A stretch of DNA of 64,000 nt, from the NCBI GenBank assembly GCA_905178155.1, contig CAJINV010000003.1:6420648-6484647 (forward strand), written 5' to 3'. Within the stretch, counting starts at the first letter, position 1, and the number at the start of each line of letters is the position of its first letter. Shown in pieces: positions 1 to 13,530 of this stretch. The notes beneath the pieces are model-generated. The model was not told where the DNA came from. It searched no databases and saw only the letters and a program-made list of their open reading frames with translations. The stretch comes from Amoebophrya sp. A120 (Eukaryota; Protista; Dinoflagellata). A program made the position numbers and the translations under genes.

Positions 1-1
1 G

Positions 2-3000
2 GAGAACCAGACCGCGGTAGAGCAAGACCCGGCCTTCTTGGCGGAAACCGTGCGTGCCTTTCTGGAGGCCCGATCAAGTGGCGAAAAAAACACGACTTCT
101 TCTCTTCCTTTGTCAATTGCCCTCCTGGCCACTGCGCTGGAGACGTCTCAGCGGGACGCCTTCCCGTGGACGAGTCTTCCGCGTGACGCGGTCCTCTCAT
201 CTTTCAAAGCCAAGTTCCATCCGATTGCGGTCGCGAAAGAGCAGACGGTAATCGCCGATCACAGTCGGACCGTTGCTATTCTTTGCGAGAAGTTGCTGCT
301 GCGATCCACGGAGGCCATGACGGAGGGGGAGCGCGAGGGCCAGTCGCCCATGTCCGAGGCGATCACTTTTGTGGCAGAGCAAAATTGCACTTTCGCCCTT
401 GATGTTGAAGAAGAAACGAAGATGAAACAGCAGGTCAACGCGGCGGAGAAGTTGTTGACGCCAGCTGGCGTTGCGGTGATCGCGGAAGCGTTGGGGCGGT
501 TCGTGAAGGAGCCACGGTTCGACATTTTGCTGCACTGGAGCGTGCAGCTCGCGACCACCCAGAAGAGCACCTGCTCGGAGAAGATCCGTGACCGGGTTCA
601 GTCCAGCTTTTTCGAAGCGCCGTGCCGGGTGAAAGATCTGCAGTCCGTGATTCTGCAGAGCTTACCACGGTATAAAAATGCGGGCAGCACGCAAGAACTG
701 ACACTGGCTGCGTCGTTGCTGCAAAGGAAAACCCAAGAGCTCTGCGCGGTTTGGAAAAAGGAGGAGGAGGCGATCGAGCAGCATTTGGAGGAGGTGTGCG
801 ATTTACTGCAAGGAGTTCTACCGGCGTTCCAAGAGCTGATCAACGAGAAGTCCGACCAGACGCCGGACCTAACGTCCAGCTTGTGCAACCTGCTTCTGTC
901 CGTCCTGGAGCACGCGACGTTCGTGGGCGAAGAGTCCAATCAAGCGGGGCACCTGATGATGAAGCTGGATGGTGCCCAAGTAAACGCGTGTAACGCGCTG
1001 CAGGCTGTTGCAAAAAGCAGTGCGCAGAATTCTCTTCAGGCCAGCAGCGGCACTACAGGAGCGATGAATACAACGTCTTCGTCCACCAAGCAAACCCAGA
1101 ACCAGCACCAGCGGGAAATCATCAAAGTGCAGCCGGTGTCGACCACCGTCTTCGTCCACAACCTCCGGGCGGGGACGACGCTGCGGAAGAATCGGTTGCA
1201 GTCGTTGAAGCAGTTCCTGAAGAACTTCACGCCCTGCACGGTGGACCCCTTTTTGCTGGCCGCCGCGGGCGCCACGCTGCGAAACTGCGTCGCCAAGCAG
1301 GGGCGGGCGGCCGGGATGTGCTTCCTGTACTACTTTTTCCAGTCGCTACGCCACGTGCCCAGTGCGTCCGTGGAGGAGATCGCTCGAGACGTGCTCGTGC
1401 ACTACGCAAACCTCGCGGGGGAGATCGGCGCGGCTGTGGAGGAAACTGCGAACAGCGAAGACGAACTTTCCGAAGTAGACGCCCGCCGCGAGGAGACCAC
1501 CACTCCCGACAACGATCCGCACGCCACGACCTTCGATCTTGCAGCGGTGCTGCTTCCGTGGCTCGCCGCCTACGGGCAGACCAACGGCGCCGAACGGGTG
1601 CGGCTCGCGACCCAGGTGTTGCACGACTTCCACTTCGCCCACGCGCAACAAAAGTCAGACACGACACCGGCCCTTGGGCAGTTGGCTGCGTTACTACGCG
1701 ACGGGGTGGCGGAGGTTGGCCGTCTGCAGTACTACCAAACAGCGCTAAATTACGCCAGCACTTTGGCGAAGCAGAGCCGCCGGAAAAGTTCCGCGGACGA
1801 AGGTAGCTCGAGTGTGGACGGTGGAGACGAGGGGCGGGCGGCGCAAGGTGTTCTTGACAACTGGAAGAATAAACGCGATGCGACGGAGACGTTTTTCGAG
1901 TACCTGTTCCGCGAGGAGGGGAAGGATCGGGGCAGCAGCTTGCAGAACCTGCAGATCACGGCGCCGGAGTTGTGCGTGCAGCTGACCGCAAGGTACCTCG
2001 TTCAGCACCAGGAGTTGGGCACCGCCTCGGCCGAGAGCATCAACCGTCTGGTGGAGTCGGTCCTCCTTGCGGAGTCCTACTTGTCGACAAGCGGCGGAGG
2101 CAATGGTACAACAATTTCAGCAGCAGAAGCAGGAGTGAGTAATTATACCCCGGCTCCTGCGCCGGCGCACCAACAGCAGACCGGCGGGGGCGCCAACAAG
2201 AAGATGAAGTTGTTATCCCCCCCCGTGAACAAGCGGCGTGTGTTGCTGCTCCGCCCTACGCAAGACGTGCGCAAAGCGGTATTCGCAAACCTGATCCAGA
2301 GCTGCACGGACGCCACCGGCCTGTCAATGTTGCCGCTGTACCAGGCATTGGAGCACGTGCTGCGAAATATTGCCGTTTCCAGGTCGGGCAGCAAGACGGA
2401 CCTGCTCTATGTAACCCTCACGGCGGTCCTGGAAACCATTCCAGAGATGACCTGGCGGTATGAAGCGGAAGAAGTGGAAGCAAGTACCGTGGTGCAAAAT
2501 GCGGAGGACAAGAAGTCAACGACGGATGCTGAGCGGCAGAAGGGGAAGAAGAGGAAACTAGAGGAGGATGAGCAAGAAGCGGACCCGGATGTTGTAGAGT
2601 CGCTGAAAAGGATTGTTGCTCTTGTCGCACAAACGTGTTTGGCCAGCCCAGAAAATAATGAACAAGCTACCAGCAGCTGCACCGGAAATACGCCAGGTTC
2701 ATCGCAGCGAAATCTTTTGTCGCGGAAGGCATTGCACGACAAGGCCTGGCAGCTGCTCACGAAGATCCACCAGAGCGCCCCGCTGTTTCTGGCGTCTGTC
2801 TGCAGTGCTGAACTGTTGCCGAAAATTCCGCAACAGCTACACACAGAAACAGGTGGCAAGGCTTTGATCCCGAGTAGAGACTTGCTGCTTTTCGTCGCTG
2901 GCGCTGCAAAACAGATTCCGCGTAAGTTGCTGCTGCCGTCCCTGAATGGGCTTGTGGCGCCTTTACTTAGCTGTTTGCGACAAAACTCCGAGAGGGTGGC

Positions 3001-4678
3001 AGGGAGTACTGTTGTTACAAGCGGCACCGCCACCTCTTCGGCACTGGACGTGGTGTGCCTGGCCCTGTCCAACTTCGCAGCCTCGTGCGGTAAATATCTG
3101 ACGAATTTCTTTTCGCAGTTGTTGGAGATCTACTTGTCCGCGGAGAACCCTCAGCAATTTGACGCTCTGCTGAAAACCTGGCTGCAGTCGCTTCCGTTTC
3201 GGGCTCTCCTGCCGCTGTTTCGCGACCAGGTGCGGAACGCGAACAGCATGGAAACAGCACCGGGCGAAGCGACAACCGAGGCCGTGCGCAACTCGTGCAA
3301 ACTGGCTTACCTGTTCCAGCACTTGATCGCAGAGACCAAGCCAGACGTCGTGGCTCCGTTCGCCACTGCGATCTTTGACGACGTCCTGGCTCCGCTCACG
3401 GACTTTTTCACGAGCTCTGCTGCCGGGGAGCGAAACTTGGAAATTACCGCGGGCATTTACGCGCAGTTTGCGCTGCGTCTGGAACTGAAGCAGTTGACCC
3501 CTTTCTGGGACGCGACACTGAAGACCGCGCGCAACGGCGCATCGGTGTTGATGGCAGACATTACCGAGGCACCAGCGGATGGGACCAGAACAGGAAGTGG
3601 AAAGCAGGTACTTAATGAATGATTCACCGCAGTAGAGTGTTGTAGTTTCTAACCATTGAAGATCGCGCGTTTTTTGTTGTTTTGGTATGCAAGAACGGTG
3701 TTGTGACAGTATATCATGTATGCAGCAAATTTTGTCACCACATCATACTATCGGCAATTGTCACCACAACAGGATGCGTCGAAAGCAAATGCCGTCGCGC
3801 GACGCCGCGCGGTAGCTGTGTTTGAGAGTTTACGGGCGCTGGTCCACGAAGCAAAGGACATTGTGGCGGTGCCATTCCTGCGCAAGGTTGCCAAGGACGT
3901 CGCTCACGTTTTGCGAGAGGCGAAGCCCAAGAGAGCGGATGCCGCGATTTCCCGGACCAAGAAGAACCCGAAACGCGCGAAAAACGCGGACCTGACGACG
4001 GACGGGGCTTCGTACGACAAGACGCTGGTGGTTTCAGCGCTGGAAGCCGTCAAGGTATGTCTGGAAGCGCCCGCGGAGCCTTCTTTTGGGACTGAATTAC
4101 TGACCGAACTGGCGACTCCCCTGCTGGAGTGGTTTGACTTGCTGTGCACTAACCACGGACACACGTACAAGCGAGCAGGCGGAACGCGAACGCCGTGTGC
4201 CAGGCTGTATGAACTGCTGCAGGAACAACTGCAGCATCAAGAGGGGACGAGGAGTACAACGAGTTCTACTACGCCAAGTGCAATAAAAACGACAACATGC
4301 ACGGAAATAATGAATGCATCTGCTAGATCGCAAGCTGAACTTCCGGTTGAGCTTCTACTTCAGCAGACCGTGGTCGCCTTGGTGCACCAGCTCGCGGACG
4401 AAACCGAACGCAAGCAGGTGCTGTTATCGCTGCTGCACAAGACCCAGGAACCGTCCGCTGGGGAGGCGGTGAAGGTGGCACTGCTGAAAACGGTGAAAGC
4501 GGTGTGGAAGAAGGAGAACTGCGGTGTCGTCACCTCGCTCTCCGACACCCTGCTGTTTGCGGTGGAGCTGCTGGAAGATGACTCGGAACTGGTGGAAAGA
4601 CACACGAAGGAACTCCTCAAACTCGTGCAGACCATCACCGGCGAAGATGTGCAGGCCTTGCTGAAGGAAAAGAGGTGA
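2..4678 (+). CDS. UTP10: U3 snoRNA-associated protein 10 / HEAT repeat protein 1 (5'-partial); exons <2..3607, 3773..4678
   Basis: The C-terminus 'SLSDTLLFAVELLEDDSELVERHTKELLKLVQTITGEDVQALL' resembles the UTP10/HEATR1 tail, and 'FALRLELKQLTPFW' resembles the BP28CT region. A phase-0 GT-AG intron at 3608..3772 joins the two long ORFs in frame. The frame is open to the window edge. Confidence 0.8.
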
Positions 4679-5753
4679 AAAAGAAGGTGTAGACACGAGG
4701 AGAAATAACGGGAAGCATTAGCTCTTCCGATGATGAATTTGTGGTGACGAGTGTGGTGGATAAGAGTCGATGCAATTTTTACTAAGATCGACGCAGTAGA
4801 TGGTACAATGTGGAAGGCGATTATTGGCTTCTTCCTTCTACCATGAAATGAGCAAGAAATAATGCAATTATGTCGCTCATGATAAGCTTACGCATCATCG
4901 TCCAGATTTTTATGATGTCAGTGAAGACCACTACATTCGCATTTCCAGTGCCTTTCAGTAGTTCGCATCAAACGGCATTTTTCCATTACGCGCGACTATC
5001 GTGAAGAATCTGATCGTTTCAGTGAGGTCACAAGTCGAAGATTAGGTTGACATCGCGATCGTGATAGCAGAGTCTCGTGAAGAGTGGATTTACTGAGTCG
5101 ACACGGCAGCGAGCGAGGTGCAAGAGAAAAAATTTTTAGTCAGAGAGAACTGCGGTCTCGTCGGCTTTTCGCAGGACCTCATTGAAATCTAAAATACCCA
5201 TTCAATGAATTTCTTACGTTGTCAATTCCCTTGTCCTAGACGCATTCTTGTACGTCCTCTGGCTACTAAGTATTGTCGCAGTTCTTGTCTTGTTGATCGA
5301 TACTACACGCAGAGCTTTTTTGCAATTAATGCCCCTACGACGCGTTGTCTTTGTGTACATTACTTCTTTGTGTTTGTATTGAAAATGAAAAATGACTCGT
5401 TTTTGCTGGAGGTTCCAAAAATGCAACCGTCTACACGACGACCTCCGCGGCTTGCATAGTCTACTTCTACTTTGCCGTCGTGGGAAAAGCGGCAGTGCGT
5501 TTTTTCAAGAAGGTTTTTGATTGCAGAACTTTTTTTCCGTCTGGCGCGCATCGGGACGCAGACGTACCTCAAGAAGACGAAGAAGAAGATGCGATTCGGC
5601 GATTGGTACGCTGGAAAAGAAAAAGGAAAATAAAGAGCAACTCTTTGTGCTCGTGCAGGCCCAACGGCGGTGCGTTCGTTCCGGTCTCAGCTGCTCCTCG
5701 ACGTGTAGCGTACTTGTTCGGGGGGACGATCCACAGTTCGTCGAGAAGAAGTC

Positions 5754-8700
5754 ATGGAGGAACCAGACGACCAGCAGCAGGCGGAGGCCGTCGAGGCGGC
5801 CCGGGCCATGATGGAAGGCTCCGCAGACGGGCCTTTTGGGGCGAGCAGCTCGGCAGCTGCGTCTTCGCGTCCGAAAACGTATCGACAAAAACTCAAGCCC
5901 GATGGGACCAAGATGAGCTTGGCGGAGATCCGTGCGCAGGCTGATTTGGACGAGGCCGCCGAGGCAGCCGAAGAAGAAGCCGAATACCAGAAGGCGCTGG
6001 AGAAGGCCAAGAGCAAAAAAGACGACATCGCTGCCGCAAAGCGTATTTATTTACTTAATCTGTGGTTTGTATGAAAAACTATGTATTCGAAAATAGCCTT
6101 TGAAATGATCCATCGCACGTATGTGTATGAATAGGATAAGTACGTCGAGGACACAATCAATACGTCCATGACCTGTAGATGTGCTATCATTGTTTCGCCT
6201 CTGCCTGTTTTTCAATAGGGTCTTTTCGGTTGAAAAATACAGAGGCGCGAGAGGACGCGAACAAGCCCTTCGAGGATCCCAGCCGACTGAAAGCTCCTTC
6301 GCTGAAGGCAAGAATTGGCTTGAAGGTTGTTTCGCGGCGAAAGAAAGACCCTACGGGACCCGGTGCGTTTCTACCGGAAGCTGCAGCGCCACAAGCAAAA
6401 GCCGGACCTTCCGCGCTCTCCAGCAGCGCCGGCGCCCCACCCGCGCTGCGACGGTCAGATTCGATGCAGTCCGACCTTTCGGCCACGGGGGGAAGTGCGT
6501 CAACCGACCAGCGCCCGCGGCTCCAACGCAGCGCGAGTGGATTGAGTGTGAGCAGCAAACGCAGCTCTAGGTCAGACGGTGACTCAGATTCCGAAAGCTC
6601 TGAAAGCGGTGGCACGGTATAGAAATCGAGTTTCTGTCTTTCACTGTTTCTATAGTACTTTGACGGTCCTGCGCCTGGCTATCTCCAATTTCTTGGTGCA
6701 GTCAGCATCTTCTAACTACTATGTTGGTTGTTCCCACCAGTGAAGAAGGTGGCGCCCTGCGTTTTCGAATCTTTTTGTTTGCATGCTGAATTTGAAGACG
6801 AGAAAAAAAGTTTGCCCCTGAAATCGGAACAACGACAAATACAGAGCTCCGCAGACGAGGAGGCGCTACCGCTGCACATGCGAAAGACGGAAGGGGTGCG
6901 CGAGGGTCCCGCGCAAACCGCCGAGGAGTACCGCAAGGAGCACCTGGCCGGGATCGGCGATAAGAAGAGCGAGAGCAGCAGCGGCAGCGAGGACGAGGAC
7001 AGCAGTTACGGAAGTTCCAGCGAAGAGGAGTCGTCCGAGGAGGATTTGGCCGCGAGCAGAAGACCGCAGAAGCAAGACATCCTTGACTGGCCACCCCCGG
7101 GGTTTCAGATGTTCCGCAAGTCCGTGATCAAGAACCTGGCTCAGATTTTCGGCGGGGTTTTCGTCGTGTACTACGGGCTGGTACTGTTCGGAATTATCTA
7201 CTCGATCCTGTTGCAGGACACGAACTTCACGCTCATTAAGAAGCAGATCGCGGGGCACTTCGAGGGCAAGGCCTTCGAAAAGGTGCAGCTGCCCGTGCAG
7301 CACGGGCAGGCGCTGCTGAAGCAGGCCCGGACGTACCTGGACGTCACGCTGGAGGAGGACCTCGTGGAGTTCACCAACATGTTCCAAACCAAAGACACCC
7401 TCACCGCCGTGGTCTACATGCCGACCGGGCAGACGGGGCGCGTGCGCACCGTGAACGGCGCTGACCGGACCCGTCGTGTGCGCGTGGACTCGACGGAGGC
7501 CTTTCCGGTCCCGCTGTCGGAAGGCGCACTCAGCGTGCCCGAGCAAGTGTTCGCAAATTTCACGCAGGGCTGGCAGTGGGGCCAGGAGTGGAAGTGGTGG
7601 GCTAATATCGACGGCTTTCGCGGCCCCACCCCAGTCTACACGATCTTCGAAAACACCCAGCTCTTCGGCCTGCTCATGATGACAATCGACTTCGATGCGA
7701 GCACCATTAACGACGAACTGTTTGATGTGCTTGAAGGCTTCGACATGAATGTACTTATTTTTCCCGATTTATTTGTTCCACTATGATTTGTTTAAGCAGA
7801 GGAATCAGTAATCTTCTTCGCAATTACAGCAACAAGCCGAAAAATACATAGGTGAACAAACGCAGTTTCTTCACAGAAGGAAACAAACGAAGACTGGAAA
7901 AAAAAAACAGGCGGAAGACTTCCCGATCAATGTGCATGTGATCGTCGGCGAACGGGTACTTGCGAGCACCGGCACCGCCCCTTTGCCGCTGGGTAGCGCG
8001 GCGGTACCCGCGCCGAGCGACTGCACGTATAACGAGGATACGGCGGTGATCCGCATCTGCGTTGAGCAAACTGGGCACTGGTTTGGGACCACGTTCCTGT
8101 TTGCAATGCAGGTTTTGATGTCGCTCACGCTGCTAATTCCCTTCGGGCTGGCCGGGTACCTGATCCGCATCCGGCAACTGTGGGTGTCCGCGTCCCCGGA
8201 CCTGCCGCACCGGTCCGAGGAGCAGCGCGAGGCCGCGATGAGCAAACTCGCCCAGCTCCAGAAGCTGAAGGAGCGACTGGGCGGCACCACGACGGATCTG
8301 AACGCCTCGACCACTTCCATTCCGGGCCTCGGCCAGAGCTCCACCAGCATCGCCAGCATGATGTCGGGCACAGGCAGTCGGGAGAATCAGATGGACCTCT
8401 CGCAGTCCTTCAAAATGGTGCTCGAGTCCGCGTCGCTAGGTAAAAAAAACCAATGGTGTTTTATATAGAGAGCTATACATTAACTATTAACTCGTAAATC
8501 TAAATGCTAGGATTGTTACGGCTTTGCGCTTTCTATCTCTCAGCAGTCCACCAAAGTGAAGTCCTTCAGTGCGTGTCGTTTTTTTGATATCTTCTTTCTC
8601 GTCCCTGCACCCACGAGTTGTAGCTTTTTCCTCGTGCAGGACCCGTGCGCGCAGGTATCATCGATCGTCCCCTAAGTAGGAGCGCATGAAGCGATCCTCG

Positions 8701-9170
8701 AAACAACTGCAGGTGACACTGGCCGGTACTCCGCTACGGGAGGTGTTGGCGGCAGTACGCTCGGGAGTGGCACGTCCAATTTTACCGAGAAGCTGCGGTC
8801 CCTGAATATTACCACTTTGAAGGAAGCCTTCCAGTTCGCTCTCGTCCTGGTCACTTTCACCGGCCGAATGCAAGCCGCCCGGTACGTCGAGAGCGACGAC
8901 GCCGCGGAGAAGCAGCGCGGCCCCGTCATGCAGCGGATTCAGTCGGCCTACGACAAGATCCGGGTGTCTCTGTTCGGCGAACCCATCGACGAGAACATCC
9001 GTGCGCAGATCGAACAGGAGCGGGCGGACCGGCAACGGCAGGAGTTCAAGCGGTCGCAGTCGATGGTGGGCGAAGAGTCGGGCCCGAAGGCCTTTCGCCG
9101 CTCGGGCACCATGCTCACAACCTCGCAATCGAGTAAATCATCCTCACCAAGCGCATCCAGAACAAATTGA
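5754..9170 (+). CDS. Hypothetical membrane protein with two TM helices flanking a possible Cache-like domain; exons 5754..6042, 6243..6616, 6845..7750, 7911..8439, 8713..9170
   Basis: Four GT-AG introns (6043..6242, 6617..6844, 7751..7910, 8440..8712) each join neighbouring ORFs in a compatible phase. Hydrophobic segments: IFGGVFVVYYGLVLFGIIYSILL and FLFAMQVLMSLTLLIPFGLAGYLI. Confidence 0.7.
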
Positions 9171-9767
9171 TCTCGATAATAGAGGGATGGCGATCATGCT
9201 GGTATTTGCTTATACCGGCTGTATCCCGCGGCCCCATGCACCAAAAAAAGAAAAGCCATACGAATATAATCACAAACGCGGTCGTGACTAGTAGCAGTCT
9301 TTGCGACCACGTGCTCGAAAACGTCGAGAAGTGTTTGCGCTCCACGTGTTCACTACCATTCTCTGTTTGCTGTGCACCATAATGACGACGGCGTTGGACA
9401 GTTCATTCAGAGACACAGCAGAGCTGGTGCGGCAATGTCGTGTGAATGGATACTAAACAAAATTTGAGGAGACGAGTGTGTGGCACAACAAAGACAAACA
9501 GACGCGTCTAATTCATTCTGTGCCGCTGCTGTAGAAGGTGCCCTTTGCCTTTTCTATGTTTTATGAGTGGAATTATAGAGAGCAAATGAGGTGAGAATGT
9601 TCCATATTACAAGCTTCTGAGGGTAGGTTCTCGACACCTGCCAAGGGCAGACCGAAACGGAAACGCGATAGAGACATAGTTTCACCACTTTCTGTTTCTT
9701 TCTTGGTCCTCCCGGCTCAACGCAGCTGCCCGGAGCCCCAGAGGTGGGGGAGACGAAGAGAAAAGCC

Positions 9768-12700
9768 ATGAGGGCTGGGCTTCTTTTTCCGTTGTTCGTG
9801 GGGCTCTGCTCGTTGCAGCATGTCGCTGTTTCGGCCGCCCCCGAGATTTTATCGAAGAGTATGATGACGTGCACAGCGTCACCGGGGGAGTTCTCCCAGC
9901 GGGATTGCAGCAAAGTCTTCGACTTTGCCGGCACCGTCGGCACACTGAGTTATTCCGACCCTTCGAGCACAGCAATCAAGACGAACGGCGCTACAGACGC
10001 TGCAAGCGGGGACCAGGACTTTTTTGAGGTCACTTTCAACCGTGGGGCGCTGTACTTGGACTATTTTAAGATCTGGCTCCCGACTACCGGGTTAGAGAGC
10101 GACGACGATCGGCTGCAAAAGCGGCAGCTATCCTGAGTCGAGACCTCCGCCCCACCTTCCGCTTACAGGCAAAATAGGAAGTACTCTGTGAGACAAATGC
10201 AAGAGTAGTTCCGAGAAATTTGCGTGGATGAAGACAGGTTCTTTGCTGGCTATAGCGCAGCGTAGCTGTAGTCTTGTTGCCTACTAGCTAGTCGAGCTGC
10301 ACTAGGTAATATCCGCTCTCATGATTTCCAGATCAGCGCATGACACTACATGTCGGAAGTCGACTAAAAAGTGCCTCCCGTGCGGAGCCGCATTAGAGAT
10401 CGATGTTCTGGGTTTGCGAATTATACGCAGGACAATTCTGGGGTGGGGGCTATGTATTAAGGATAGCAGCTGCAGTTTCTGATGGAAAACGACACGTACG
10501 TGCCCCTGGATACGCTCACGGCGAGCAATCCGGTGAGCACTGTGACTGCGGGCATACTGCCGGATATGATTGCGGGCAACGTCGTAGCAAAATGGAAGCT
10601 GTCGCTGTCGCTCCACGTCGTGTAGAGTTGCGGTGTATTGTAAGTGGTAATTTCGTGTCTTTCAAAGAAATGATAATGACCGCTGGTACAACAACCTCTT
10701 CGCTAGAGCCTTTCTTGTAGCTATCACATGGAATATCCAACAGGAGCCGTGTCGAATCGACGTGCTGCTCCTTTTTCATGGATTGCATTCCGGTTTTTGC
10801 ATGCCTCTTGAGATTTGCTGTTTCGGTGCTGAGGTGAGTTAGATGTCTTGGCCGCGTGTGACACTTCTGAGCGTAGGCGTACTATCTTGGGGTACTATCT
10901 TGAAACTAAGACGACGTCGACGGGGCGGGATGACTTTTCGCACAGGGATACGACGGAGTCGAAAAAACTGGCACGGATGGCGTCAAAGCGGAGGATAAAG
11001 ACGGCACTACTGTGACCGTTGAACAGTGGGTCAAGGGCTTCAAGATCGGGGGTGAGAGTCGAACGAAGATCATCGCAATCGGGGGCTTGCAACTTTTCGT
11101 GGACGTATTGGTTGATTCCTAGTATTGAGTCCTGTGGTTGAGGATGCGTTTGAGGTGTGTTCTTTAGCACCACCTTGCTAATTCTTTCGTGGTTGAAGTC
11201 ATCTCGTCGCAGGTGGTAGTAATGCCAGCAAGTGTGTTGGAATATGCATTTATGATCATAATGTCTTTCTTCGATGCAAAGGCAAACGTTGAAGCTGCGT
11301 GTCCTAAAAATCAAAGAAATGCAATTTGTGCAAGAACGACAACACTTACAGTATGCGAAGACAAATCCTTCCGTGGTGGCTCTTTTGTCGCAAGCGCAGA
11401 AAATGACGACCCCCGAACTAAGCTGCAACACCACGTCGGGCGACACCGCAAACTGCGGCGTGGTTTTCAACAAGGACGATTCTACCAACACACAAACGGG
11501 AAACGGCACGGATTCCACGGTGTACACGACCTCCGGTGGCGGAAATGACTATTTCGACGTAACCTTCGACGACGGGGCTATCTGGTTAGAGAGTTTCAAG
11601 ATTTGGCGCTCGGCGGGGACCGTATCAAAAGGAAAAATCCTCCCTTCCTGTATTGAAAACGCATCCGCCTGAAAATTTGTGGTGCAGATTGGTGACGACA
11701 AGCCCCTGTCTGTCTTGCAAGAATGCAAATCCAGAGCGTTCGCCGCATTATGCGGGCGGTTTGTGATGCTGTTGGGCTAACAGTGTCGACATTTGTCACG
11801 CTAGGGGCCTACGTCAAAACCTCGCGGCTCAGGCTTGGCATATGCCTGCAGTCCTGTACTGCAAGACAAATCAGATTTGTGCACGGAAATTAATTGAGCA
11901 TCAGAAATTTTGTTTTGATATGGGGAGGGGGGATTTTTCACCACAAGAGACCGCGACGGATTCCTCGTTGCAGAACCGCACACTGCAACTCATCATCCCG
12001 GGCGATCCGAGCGACACCTACGAGGACTGCGATGCCTGCACGGCAGAAAATCCAATTCAGACGACCGCATTGGCCGGGAGGTTGCCGTTGAACATTGTGA
12101 ACGCTCAGGATGACCTCGACGGTGCGGTAGATGCAGAGGGGACAGTGATAAATGTTTATCATACAGCAACTTGTGAAGTTCAGAGTCACAGAACTAGTAG
12201 GCTTTTCTCATGCAGTTGTTTCGAATGCGAATGATGCGCTGACTCAGGCAGAACTTATTTCGTAAGAGTTGTCACGGGTAGGCATTGATTTTTAGCGGTC
12301 TAGTCCTATGTGTCGCAGGCGGTTTTCATCACTCGTGGTGATGAGTTACTGCGTATCGTATGGTCAGCGGCTGTTGACTCAGGCCTTGGTAGTTTCACGG
12401 AACAGCTGCGGGAAGTATGTGAAGGGGATCCGCATCGGTGGCGACGACCCCACCATGAAAGTCGAGATTGGGGGATTGCAGCTTTTTCGCCGGGTACTTA
12501 AGCAATATTTTTTCTCAGGAGGCGGAGTTGATTGACTAAAGTAGATTACACCAATGGCATTGCTAATGCTCACACTGTGAATGAAGAGAAAGATGATGAC
12601 CTGAGTCAGCATTCGATATTGTTTCAATTCGAAAACTACTTATTAATGCAACAACAGTACGACAAGGGACGGCCGTCGGATGCGGCCAAGCGCATTGAGC

Positions 12701-13530
12701 AAGCGAATCTCGTGGCGAGCTTTGTCCGGGCGGGGTTGAAGGCCTTGATGAACTGCAATACGAACTGCCCAGATGGCATGACCCAGATTAATGCGACGAG
12801 CGAAGAGGCCTTTTGCAGCAAGATGCAGGCTATGCATTGCAAATATGTCGTCCGGGTCTGGGAGAGTGCAGAAGTTTGATATGCAGATTTCGCATGGCCC
12901 AGAGAATCTGGCTCGGGAATGTGAGGCCTAACATGTTGACAAGTTTTGTGAGGGCTTCGCAGTGGCCAGTTCGCTTGGGAAATCCTCTCTCAAGGTGTCC
13001 AAAAGTGAACGGCTTTTCCAACTTTTGTACTTATGGTTATGACAGGCAGCACGGTGGAGCATCACAAATTTGCATTCTTCCAGACCCAGACACATTTGCA
13101 TCCGATACAGGTGGGACTGGCCCAGGGCTTCATCGACAGCATGCGGTGAGCAAAAACGATAAAAAAAATGTCGTTGGAGACGTCCGCACTTCGTCTCCCC
13201 GCTGTCATGATAATTGATCGTGATCATTAATGTAGACAACGAACGTAATACCTTTACCTTTCGAAAAGTCATTTTTGTATATCCCTGGGAAAAACGGCAG
13301 CGCAGCGCTGGGAATTTTTTTACTGATCAAGTTTCTCTCTAGTATTTCTATTCTGGAAATTTTTCGTTTCGTAGAAACAAATGGAATGTAGAATTTATCA
13401 AGGATGAAGAAGGTACACACACATAATGACGCGGTCCGCCTGGGTTTTTATTCAATTCAAAAGGAAAAGAAAAAGCGAAAAGAGAGAGCACAGAACCGCA
13501 CTCAATGGATATCGTGTCTGGCAATTCTGA
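9768..13530 (+). CDS. Secreted protein with two internal beta-rich repeats (discoidin/galactose-binding-like, tentative); exons approx 9768..10127, 10470..10583, 10946..11104, 11400..11621, 11953..12144, 12383..12493, 12658..12828, 13111..13145, 13494..13530
   Basis: Signal peptide MRAGLLFPLFVGLCSLQHVAVSA. Repeat pairs: DFFEVTFNRGALYLDYFKIW / DYFDVTFDDGAIWLESFKIW; LQFLMENDTYVPLDTLTASNPV / LQLIIPGDPSDTYEDCDACTAENPI; WVKGFKIGG..IGGLQLF / YVKGIRIGG..IGGLQLF. The last exon is tentative (alternative stop at 13149). Confidence 0.65.
10129..10465. mobile_element. TAT...ATA introner A (non-canonical intron)
   Basis: TSD GCAGC at 10124-28 and 10466-70; termini TATCCT/AGGATA. Removing 342 nt gives KRQ-LQF, matching RTLQL in the paralogous repeat. 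No GT-AG or GC-AG pair exists at this offset. Confidence 0.75.
11623..11948. mobile_element. Introner B (family 1)
   Basis: TSD GACCG at 11618-22 and 11949-53; subterminal IR GAAAAATCC.../...GGATTTTTC. Its reverse complement aligns along its length with 57650..57955. Confidence 0.8.
12831..13107. mobile_element. Introner C (family 2), spliceable as GC-AG intron 12829..13110
   Basis: TSD CAGGC/CAGGT, TAT...ATA ends, and an imperfect IR of about 45 bp (GGGTCTGGGAGAGTGCA / TGCATTCTTCCAGACCC). Its reverse complement matches 58048..~58210. Confidence 0.75.

Noticed and set aside
6043-6844. Introns reading GTAT...ATACAG as introners
   Set aside because: No TSD or extended IR, and the length is element+4 rather than +5; explained by ordinary GT-AG consensus.
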